Positions 19,401 through 26,906 of a stretch of DNA of 64,000 nt are shown here, piece after piece (the first letter of the stretch is position 1; the number at the start of each line of letters is the position of its first letter). The notes below the pieces were generated by a model. That model was given only the letters and a program-made list of their open reading frames with translations, was not told the origin of the DNA and ran no database searches. A program made the position numbers and the translations under genes. Origin of the DNA: Capsulimonadaceae bacterium (GTDB taxonomy: Bacteria > Armatimonadota > Armatimonadia > Armatimonadales > Capsulimonadaceae); NCBI GenBank assembly GCA_965215505.1, contig OZ244065.1:32001-96000 (forward strand). Direction: 5' to 3'.

Positions 19401-20050
19401 CCTGGAGGCCGCACGGCCCGCGCCAGCCACCACTGGTCCACCCTCTCGAAGGCTGCGGACAGAGGCGGCTCGCCGGTCATCTCGATGACGGCACGGCTCT
19501 CCCCGGTGAGCCGCGCCTCGATCTCACGCAGGGGGTGGCCCCACGGCGCGCGCCGCGCCTTGATCGCCGCCTCCTTCAAGGCCCAGAACAGCAGCATCCC
19601 CGCCGGGTCGTCCTCCGCCCCGAAGCGGGCCGCGATCTGGCCGCGCTCGCCCTCCGTGAAGACGCGCCCCCCCAGCCCGTGATGCACGGATCGGATGTGC
19701 TGGGCGTCTATCCCCACGCCGCCCTCCTGCCGGGTGTCCGAGAGCGTGGCCGCGCCAAGCCCGTGGCTGTGCGAGAGGGAGAGCGTCACGGGCGGGATTT
19801 CGGGACCGAGGACGCAGGGGGCAACGCCCTCCCGGCCGATGGCGAACGACAAAGGCCCCAGCCCGAACATCTCCCCGATGAGGCGCTTCGCAGCCAGTCG
19901 GCCCGCGAGCCATTCCGCCCGGCGTTTGGGCGACGGCGGGGCATGGTAGAGGGCCATTTCGGGAGCCGTCAGCCAGTGCGCGGGGTCCTGTGCGGCGGCC
20001 CACTCGGGCCGGGCGATGATGGTCTTCGGGAGGGTTGCCTGTTGTGACAC
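19397..20050 (-). CDS. 4'-phosphopantetheinyl transferase (Sfp-like)
   Basis: RRAEWLAGRLAAK, SLSHS, VGID, FWALKEAAIKA; TATACT 6 nt before GTG 20050. Confidence 0.85.
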   Translation of the reverse strand: MSQQATLPKTIIARPEWAAAQDPAHWLTAPEMALYHAPPSPKRRAEWLAGRLAAKRLIGEMFGLGPLSFAIGREGVAPCVLGPEIPPVTLSLSHSHGLGAATLSDTRQEGGVGIDAQHIRSVHHGLGGRVFTEGERGQIAARFGAEDDPAGMLLFWALKEAAIKARRAPWGHPLREIEARLTGESRAVIEMTGEPPLSAAFERVDQWWLARAVRPPG

Positions 20051-20073
20051 CGGGAGAGTATACCGTTTGAACC

Positions 20074-20104
20074 AAAAAAAGGCCCCCGCCTTCCGGCGGG
20101 GGCT
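20074..20104 (-). terminator. Intrinsic terminator after the pilin-like gene
   Basis: GCCCCCGCC-GGAA-GGCGGGGGC followed by a T7 run on the minus strand. Confidence 0.85.
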
Positions 20105-20168
20105 GAGTTGTGACAGAGAAAACAAGCAACGCCACAGAGAAAACAGCGCGAAAAAGACAAAAGAAGCG

Positions 20169-20609
20169 TTAGAGCGTGTGGACCGCCAGCGGGTTGTTGG
20201 CGGACTGATAGTAGGGGCAGTTCGGCACCGTGCTGATCGGGTTAAAGCTGTAGTAGGTCGTGCTGCTCGATGGACAGGTGGGGCCTTTCACCGGGTCCGT
20301 CAGGGGTGACGATCTTACATACGGGGTAAGGTTGCTCCATGTTACCGCCGTGGCGGAGTTGGCCGGGACCTTGTTGTCCATGGCGTACTGCTCCTTGGCG
20401 ACCAGGAAGTCGTTCAGGTTCTTGACGCAGGATCTCGCCTGCGACTTGTCGCGAACGCCGACGAACGACGGCAAGGCGATGTTGAGCAGGACTCCGATGA
20501 TCAGTACCACGATCATCAGCTCGACCAGGGTGAACCCAGCCTGGCGGCGCGGGCGGCGCGACTTGAGGCTAGGTGCCGTGGGGGAAGGTGTAGGAGTGCG
20601 GTGTTGCAT
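20169..20609 (-). CDS. Type IV pilin/pseudopilin-like protein (prepilin N-methylation motif)
   Basis: Basic leader, then G|FTLVELMIVVLIIGVLLNIALPSF; C-terminal Cys residues. Confidence 0.9.
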   Translation of the reverse strand: MQHRTPTPSPTAPSLKSRRPRRQAGFTLVELMIVVLIIGVLLNIALPSFVGVRDKSQARSCVKNLNDFLVAKEQYAMDNKVPANSATAVTWSNLTPYVRSSPLTDPVKGPTCPSSSTTYYSFNPISTVPNCPYYQSANNPLAVHTL

Positions 20610-20803
20610 TTCGGTTCGGCCTCGTTTCTCAGGACTCAGCGGTTGCAGGACTCAGCGGTTGATCGTGCCGTAGCGGCGGCCTCTATGCCCCAATCATCGG
20701 AAGGATCTCGCCCGTTCATTAGGCCGACTTCAGGTGGATTTTGCCGGCAGGGCCTGGCGATGTGTCTCGAAGGGAACGGCGTGTGCTACAATAGGCCAAA
20801 CGG

Positions 20804-21685
20804 ATGAAGTCCCTTCTGATTGTCAACCCGGCGGCGGGACAAGGACGGCCGCAGGAGGCGTTGGAGGCGCTGCAAGCCTCCCTCGCCCCCGTCCTCGGCG
20901 GGGTGGTGGTGACGCAGGGGCGCGGGGACGCGGAGCGCGCGGCGCGGACGGCGGCTTCGGACGGCTACCATGCGGTGCTTGCGGCCGGGGGCGACGGCAC
21001 GGTGAACGAGGTCGTCAACGGGCTGCTTGCCGCCGGGGGGGCGCTGCCGCTCGGCCTGGTGCCGCTTGGGACGCAGAACGTCCTCGCGTCCGAGCTGGGC
21101 CTGCCCGCCGACCCGGACGCCACCCTGGCCCTGCTGAGGAATGGGCGCACGCGGCGCATTGACGTCGGCTTGGCCGGGGGACGCCACTTCGTCCTCATGG
21201 CCGGCTTCGGGTTCGACGCCCAGGTGGTCGGCGAGGTCCTGCACCCGGTGAAGGCGCTGCTCGGCCCCGCCGCCTACGCCTTCGCGGCGGCGGGGACGCT
21301 TGCGAAGTACCGCAGCACGCACATCCGCCTGCGGCTTGACGGCGAGGAAGTCCGCTCCGAGGCGTTCCTGGTCGTGGTCGCCAATGCCGCCTCGTATGCT
21401 TATCGGCAGATCAAGCTGGCCCCGTTCGCCGCCCTGGACGATGGCTGGCTGGACGTCTGCGTGTTCGAGCGGGCGCGCGGGGACCGGGTCGGCTTCGCCT
21501 CGCAGATGATGGCGGTCCTCGCCCGGCGGCATCTGCGCGATCCGCGCGTCCGTTACTACCGGGGGAAGCACCTCGTCCTCGACTCCGAGCCGCCGATCCA
21601 GGGGCAGCTCGACGGCGACACGTTCGGCGGGACGCCCATCGAGATCTCCCTGCTCCCGAGCGCCCTGCCCGTGTTCGTGCCCTAA
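20804..21685 (+). CDS. YegS/BmrU-family diacylglycerol/lipid kinase
   Basis: NPAAG, AAGGDGTVNE, PLGTQN, AGFGFDA, DDGWLDV, QLDGD. Confidence 0.93.
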   Translation: MKSLLIVNPAAGQGRPQEALEALQASLAPVLGGVVVTQGRGDAERAARTAASDGYHAVLAAGGDGTVNEVVNGLLAAGGALPLGLVPLGTQNVLASELGLPADPDATLALLRNGRTRRIDVGLAGGRHFVLMAGFGFDAQVVGEVLHPVKALLGPAAYAFAAAGTLAKYRSTHIRLRLDGEEVRSEAFLVVVANAASYAYRQIKLAPFAALDDGWLDVCVFERARGDRVGFASQMMAVLARRHLRDPRVRYYRGKHLVLDSEPPIQGQLDGDTFGGTPIEISLLPSALPVFVP

Positions 21686-21706
21686 CGCTTCTCTCTTCCT
21701 AACACT

Positions 21707-22456
21707 ATGTGGAACTCATTCGCCCTCGCGGTCCAGGCCTTGACGCGGCTGCCGGTCCTGCCGGACCTTTCGGCGACCCGCGCCCAGGCGCGTCGCTCCG
21801 TGTTCCTGTTCCCCCTCGTCGGCGCGCTCCTCGGCGCATTGCTGGCTGCCGTCTGGCTGGGGGGCAGCCGCCTGTGGGGCGGGCAGCCGCTCGTGGCCGC
21901 CGCGCTGACCCTGGCCGCCGGACTGCTCCTCACCGGCGGGCGCGGCCTGGGCGGCGTCGCCCGTGCCGCCGACGGGCTGGCCGGGCGCGGCGGGGGCGGG
22001 GACCGGGCGCGGGCCTTCGCCGTCATGCGCGACCCGCACCGGGGGACGGCGGGCGTGGTCGCGGCCGGCGCGGCCCTCGCCCTGCGCCTGGCGTTCCTTG
22101 CGGCCCTGCCTCCCTCCATCGCCCTGCCCGCCCTCGTGCTGGCCGGCGCGGCGGGCGGGTGGGCGGTGGCCTTCTCCCACAGCGCCTTCCCCGTGGCGGG
22201 GGGCGGGGAGGGCGAGACGGCCCCCGCCGAGGCCGGCCCGACCGAGTTCCTGGGTGCCACCGCCGTCGCCATCGTCTGCGGGGCCGTGCTGCCCACGCGC
22301 GGTCTGCTGACCCTGTTCGCCGTCGTCCTCGTCGCCGCGCCGGCCGCGGCGGGCGTCAACAGGCTGCTCGGCGGCCTGAACCCGCCCCTGTGTGCCGCCC
22401 TGGGCGAGATCGCCGAGATCGCCGCTTTGGCCTGCCTGTCTTTGTCCGTTCGCTAG
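21707..22456 (+). CDS. CobS (cobalamin synthase)-like membrane protein with degenerate motifs
   Basis: LTRLPV, FPLVGALLG, LTGG...ADG, MRDP..G..G match CobS, but HxDGxxD is replaced by RGLGGVAR. Confidence 0.75.
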   Translation: MWNSFALAVQALTRLPVLPDLSATRAQARRSVFLFPLVGALLGALLAAVWLGGSRLWGGQPLVAAALTLAAGLLLTGGRGLGGVARAADGLAGRGGGGDRARAFAVMRDPHRGTAGVVAAGAALALRLAFLAALPPSIALPALVLAGAAGGWAVAFSHSAFPVAGGGEGETAPAEAGPTEFLGATAVAIVCGAVLPTRGLLTLFAVVLVAAPAAAGVNRLLGGLNPPLCAALGEIAEIAALACLSLSVR

Positions 22457-22479
22457 GGAAAACTTTTTAGGAGAGATTC

Positions 22480-24042
22480 ATGTTCGTTCCCAAACTCAAC
22501 ACCCGTCAGCAGTATCAGATCTACGTCAATGGCGAGTGGCGCGACTCGTCCTCGGGGACGTTCCTGCCCAACCTCAATCCCGCGCACAAGTCGCAGGTGC
22601 TGGGCCACGTCGCCGAGACGACAGACGCCGAGGTGGACGAGGCCATGAACGCCGCCGAGGCCGCGTTCCCCGCCTGGCGCGCGGTCAGCGGCAACATGAA
22701 GACAAAGATCTTCCTGCACCTGGCCCAGATCCTCTACGCCCGCTTCGGCGACTTCCAGCAGACCATGAGCCGGGAGATGGGTAAGACGCTGTTCGACTGC
22801 AAGCTGGACCTGGATGAAGCCATCGGCGTCGTCGAGTGCGTCGCCCCGCAGGGATTGTCGCTGAAGGGCGAAACCTATCAGAAGAACATTGATGGCGTGG
22901 TCATGGAGAGCCGCCTGGAGCCGCGCGGGGTGGCCGCCATCATCACGCCGTTCAACTTCCCCGTCGCCATCCCCGTCGCCCAGGTCGTCGCCGCGCTCGT
23001 GACCGGAAACACGGTCGTCTGGAAGCCCTCCCACCTCATCCCCGAGTCGTCCCAGGCCATCGCCGCCGCGCTCGACGAGGCGTTCGCGTGGGCCAAAGAG
23101 ACTCTGGGCGTCACGGTCCCGCCCGGCACCTTCAGCATGGTCAGCGGGGACGTCGGGCCGGGGCAGGCGGTCGCGACGCACCCGGTCGTCAAGTGCCTCT
23201 CCTTCACCGGCTCCAAGCCCGTCGGCGACGCGGTGGACGCGACGGCGAGCGGCCTGGGCAAGCGCGTGATGAAGGAAGTGGGCGGCATCAACGTCTTCTA
23301 CGTCCACCGGGAGGCCGACATCGCCCGCGCCGCCAAGAACTTCGTCTACGGCAAGACCATCACCGGCGGCCAGCGCTGCACCTCCATCCAGGAGGTCCTG
23401 TGCGACGGGCAGGTCTATGACGCCTTCCTCGCCGCTGTCCTGGAGGAAACAAAAGGCATCGTCACCGGCGACGGCTGCTCCGAGGAACTGGCCGAGGCAG
23501 ACAAGACGCCGGGCCTCTATTCGCTCCCGCCGCTGGTGTCTGAAGAGCAGCAGGCCCGTGTCCTGGGCCTGATCGAGCAGTCGGTCGGACAGGGCGCTCA
23601 GATCGGCCACCAGGTCGCCGTGCCCGAGGCATTGGCGGCCGAGGGCTACTACGTCCCCTTCACGATCATCGAGGACGTCGGCCCCGAAAACGTCCTGTAC
23701 ACGACCGAGATCTTCGGCCCGGTCGGCGTGCTGACGCGCGTGAAGAACATCACGGAGGCGATCAGCATCATCAACGCCAAGATCGGCATCGTCGCCTGCA
23801 TCGACAGCCGGAACAAGGACGCCTCCGAACACTTCATTCAGAGCGTCCTGCGGACGCGCGTTGATGACGGCCGCCACGGCACGGGTGCCTTCTGGGCCAC
23901 CCGCTTCGGCGGCGACCGGGGTGCCGGCTCGGGCAACCCGGCCTTGGACGAGAACATGGTGATGGGTTACGTTCTGTGGAAGACCATCTACCGCGCCTAC
24001 AAGCCCTTCGCCGAGCCGGAGGACGACGACGCGGGCATTTGA
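22480..24042 (+). CDS. Aldehyde dehydrogenase family protein
   Basis: ITPFNFP, WKPS, SFTGS, KEVGG, GQRCT, EIFGPV. Confidence 0.93.
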   Translation: MFVPKLNTRQQYQIYVNGEWRDSSSGTFLPNLNPAHKSQVLGHVAETTDAEVDEAMNAAEAAFPAWRAVSGNMKTKIFLHLAQILYARFGDFQQTMSREMGKTLFDCKLDLDEAIGVVECVAPQGLSLKGETYQKNIDGVVMESRLEPRGVAAIITPFNFPVAIPVAQVVAALVTGNTVVWKPSHLIPESSQAIAAALDEAFAWAKETLGVTVPPGTFSMVSGDVGPGQAVATHPVVKCLSFTGSKPVGDAVDATASGLGKRVMKEVGGINVFYVHREADIARAAKNFVYGKTITGGQRCTSIQEVLCDGQVYDAFLAAVLEETKGIVTGDGCSEELAEADKTPGLYSLPPLVSEEQQARVLGLIEQSVGQGAQIGHQVAVPEALAAEGYYVPFTIIEDVGPENVLYTTEIFGPVGVLTRVKNITEAISIINAKIGIVACIDSRNKDASEHFIQSVLRTRVDDGRHGTGAFWATRFGGDRGAGSGNPALDENMVMGYVLWKTIYRAYKPFAEPEDDDAGI

Positions 24043-24070
24043 CCGCCTCCGTCCGCTTCTCCGGGAGCAT

Positions 24071-24508
24071 TCACCGAGTCGGGAATAAGTAGATGCGCGG
24101 GAGGGTGACCCGCATCGTCTCTTCCACGAAGCCGACCCAGAGGAAGAACAGGGGCACGAACAGGGCGATCGCCAGGCGTATTGCCAGGGGCAGCACCGAG
24201 GGGGCGTGGGGACCCGCCCCGCGCCGGGCGACTCGGTCCAGGGCGAGCGGCACCGCAGAGAGGGCGGCGGCGGCGGCGAGGCTCCAGGCAAGTGCGGCCA
24301 GGGATTGTCTGAGGGCGAGCAGGACCAGCAGGCAGAGGGTCAGGCCCGCCGCGAGGGCGCTCACGAGTGGGGCGTGGCGCGCGCCGGACGCGGCCTGCCT
24401 CACGGCCAGCGCACACACGCCGAGGAATCCCGCCGGCAGCAGGAGGATCAGCAGGAAGGCGGCCACGAGGCGCACCGGCCCCGGCAGTGTGATGACCCAA
24501 GCCGTCAT
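24071..24508 (-). CDS. Hypothetical 4-TM membrane protein
   Basis: GAGGGG RBS before MTAWVITL; hydrophobic segments; last gene of the minus-strand toxin/immunity run. Confidence 0.6.
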   Translation of the reverse strand: MTAWVITLPGPVRLVAAFLLILLLPAGFLGVCALAVRQAASGARHAPLVSALAAGLTLCLLVLLALRQSLAALAWSLAAAAALSAVPLALDRVARRGAGPHAPSVLPLAIRLAIALFVPLFFLWVGFVEETMRVTLPRIYLFPTR

Positions 24509-24540
24509 GTTCGTCCCCTCGATTTCGCAGAACGGCCCGT

Positions 24541-25008
24541 TCAGTCGGGCCGTGGGGCGCGGCCATAAACCGCGCGGATCTTTTGGACCGCCTCGTAGTG
24601 CCGGTCGCCCGGCGCGATCTGGAAGTCCATCGTCAGCCGCCCCTGGGCATCCCACTGCTGCTCGGCCACCCGGAAGCCGTACTCGGCCAGCACCTCGGAC
24701 CGCAGCCGGCCGGCCTCGTCCCACTCGCGCTCAGTCCGGTAGGGTTTAGTGTCGTCGAAGACCCACTCGGACTTGAGCTGTCTCGAGGGGTGCCAGGTAC
24801 GGTAGCGCCCGTGCATCTGGCCGTCCACGAACTCGGTTTCGTCCTGGAGGGTGCCGTCGGGCCAGAGGCGGTAGGCGACGCCGGTAAAAGGCTGCTTACG
24901 CCAGGTGTAAGTGACGCCGTCTTGTGTGTCGAGGTCCTCGTGTTCGATACGCCGCGTGTGTGCCCCCCCGCCGCTTTTATGGCTCTGTGCCCCTTCCCTC
25001 TGACCCAT
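24541..25008 (-). CDS. YwqK-like MORN-variant repeat protein (putative immunity), copy 2; start uncertain
   Basis: PFTGVAY, DGQMHGRYRTWHPSRQLKSE, EWDEAGRL. Confidence 0.75.
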   Translation of the reverse strand: MGQREGAQSHKSGGGAHTRRIEHEDLDTQDGVTYTWRKQPFTGVAYRLWPDGTLQDETEFVDGQMHGRYRTWHPSRQLKSEWVFDDTKPYRTEREWDEAGRLRSEVLAEYGFRVAEQQWDAQGRLTMDFQIAPGDRHYEAVQKIRAVYGRAPRPD

Positions 25009-25420
25009 CCCCGCGTGGGTCAGCCCCATAGGCGGCCCGAAAGTTCTGGAGAAGATCATAATGGGGATGGCCCGGCTTCAACTCGAAGTCGAGGATGAGC
25101 CGGCCCGCCTCGTCCCACTGCTTCTCGGCCACCCGGAAGCCGTACTCGGCGTGAGACTCGCGCCGCAGCCGGCCTGCCTCATCCCACTTGCGGTCCGTCC
25201 CATAGGCCACCCCGTTATAGTATTCCGTCTCGGACTGACGTTGCCCCGAGGGATACCAATCCCGCGACACGCCCTGCTGCTTGCCACCGACAAACTCGAT
25301 CTCGCTCCAGAGTGTTCCGTCAGGCCGCAGTTCGTAGCCGGTCCCGGTGAAGGGTGCCTCGCGCCAGTAATAGGTCACGCCTTCCTGCGTGTCGAGTTCG
25401 TCAAGGCCCACGCGCTGCAT
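24977..25420 (-). CDS. YwqK-like MORN-variant repeat protein (putative immunity), copy 1
   Basis: PFTGTGYE, GKQQGVSRDWYPSGQRQSE, KWDEAGRL; close paralog of 24541-25008. Confidence 0.8.
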   Translation of the reverse strand: MQRVGLDELDTQEGVTYYWREAPFTGTGYELRPDGTLWSEIEFVGGKQQGVSRDWYPSGQRQSETEYYNGVAYGTDRKWDEAGRLRRESHAEYGFRVAEKQWDEAGRLILDFELKPGHPHYDLLQNFRAAYGADPRGDGSEGRGTEP

Positions 25421-25596
25421 CTGTCGCCCCTCTGCGCTTGCCGGTCCTGGCTTTAAGTCGAGCCGGAAACATGTCCGTATGACCTCCGCATGACCTCCGC
25501 ATCTTCTGAAGCAGAGTGAAGTCGGGATGATTCAGTGCCGGGCAGGGCCGTCCCGTGTCCCCTGTTCGGGCTTCGGCTAAGGCGCTGGGCCGCTCC

Positions 25597-26181
25597 TCAT
25601 CCGCCCAGCAACCGCCTGTCCTTGGATGCGAAGTGCGGCGAGGCAATGACGCGCCTCAGCAGGAACTCCATCAGGCAAGTGCCCGCCAACTCGGAGGAAG
25701 AAGCGCCCCGGCTGAAGTTGGACGCGCGATTGGCGAGCAGCAGGACTTCATCCGAAAGGCCCTCATACTCCTGCGGCGTCGTATAGAAGATCGCTCCCTG
25801 CGAGGGCGGGATGTGAAGTCCTTCTTCGGGGCGGTCCCAGCCGGGATCGGGCAGGAGTTCTTCCCGGCCAGCCTGGGCTGCATCCGGCGTGACCGCGTAG
25901 CGCGCCAGGGCCAGCGATACCAGCCGCGCCTCCTCCGGCGTGTGGATGGCGTTTGTATTGTCAGGCAAGACCGGTGGCCATATGCGCTCCGTCTTCCGGG
26001 TGTTCGGCACGAACAGGACTTCGATGGTCCTGTTCAGGGTCACGGCCAGAACGCCCGTGTAGAGCAGAGCGACTTCGTCAGGCTTCTCCCAACTTTGCAG
26101 TTGAGCGCAGAGAAAAGAGCCGTGTTGCGGTGAAGAATTTACTGCGTCATTCTTCGTCAGGCCGAAGGTGACTCCCGGCAC
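25597..26181 (-). CDS. Hypothetical protein in the toxin-downstream array (possible orphan immunity)
   Basis: 194-aa ORF co-oriented with neighbours; lower GC at the 5' end; no recognisable motif. Confidence 0.5.
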   Translation of the reverse strand: MPGVTFGLTKNDAVNSSPQHGSFLCAQLQSWEKPDEVALLYTGVLAVTLNRTIEVLFVPNTRKTERIWPPVLPDNTNAIHTPEEARLVSLALARYAVTPDAAQAGREELLPDPGWDRPEEGLHIPPSQGAIFYTTPQEYEGLSDEVLLLANRASNFSRGASSSELAGTCLMEFLLRRVIASPHFASKDRRLLGG

Positions 26182-26327
26182 CCCGTATCACAACGATGGC
26201 TCCCCCTTAAAGCGTTTTTAGGCGTTTCTTGTTAAAGCCAGCCTGTCGCTGGCCGGCAAGAACCGTCTGGCTTTTCCTCCCTGCCCGAGACACTGACTGT
26301 GATGGCCCGACTGTAAGCGTGTTGCTA

Positions 26328-26894
26328 TCAGTCACGTCTCGGTGCGAAGGTTCTAAAGTCAGTCTTGTGTAAACTCGCGCCTTTAAAGATCGCCCCTGCC
26401 ATTTCTCCACCTAAAAAGATCGCGTGGTCCAGCTTGGAACCTGAAAAATCTGCCCCAGTTAGATCTGCTCGTGCGATTGTCGAGTACGCCAACTCAGCCC
26501 CAGTCAAATCCGCCCCAGCGAGGTTGACTCCATCCATGACGAAGTTACCAGTCAGATCGGCACCGCGCAGGTTTGCGTGGGAGAGATCAGCACTGTCAAG
26601 CTCCGCACCACTGAGATTGGCCCCAGCCAGGTTCGCGCCCGAGAGGTCCGCGAACGAGAGCTTCGTTGCCTGAAGGTCGGCTCCGGCGAGAGCGGCCCCA
26701 GCTAGCGGTGCGCCACGCAGGTCATGGAGGTCGTAGACGTCATCCACTTCCGCAAATCCCTCGATCAGGGGCGTCCACGGCTGCCGCGTCTGCAAGGCTG
26801 TGACTATTTTTTTGAGGAGGGCCTGACCATGGGCTGTCTGCCATCGCCCTTGGAGCCTCTGTCGCTGCTGGTAGTGCCAGTCTTCATCTTCCAT
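26328..26894 (-). CDS. Pentapeptide repeat protein directly downstream of the toxin (candidate immunity)
   Basis: A(D/N)LxG repeats (ADLSGANLAGANLSGAELDSADLSHANLRGADL); 12-bp gap after the effector; AT-richer DNA. Confidence 0.88.
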   Translation of the reverse strand: MEDEDWHYQQRQRLQGRWQTAHGQALLKKIVTALQTRQPWTPLIEGFAEVDDVYDLHDLRGAPLAGAALAGADLQATKLSFADLSGANLAGANLSGAELDSADLSHANLRGADLTGNFVMDGVNLAGADLTGAELAYSTIARADLTGADFSGSKLDHAIFLGGEMAGAIFKGASLHKTDFRTFAPRRD

Positions 26895-26906
26895 TTCCGT
26901 TACTCC

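Noticed and set aside
18047-20047. 666-aa plus-strand ORF
   Set aside because: Spans lipB, tauE and the PPTase gene off-frame or antisense; low-complexity R/G/P composition.
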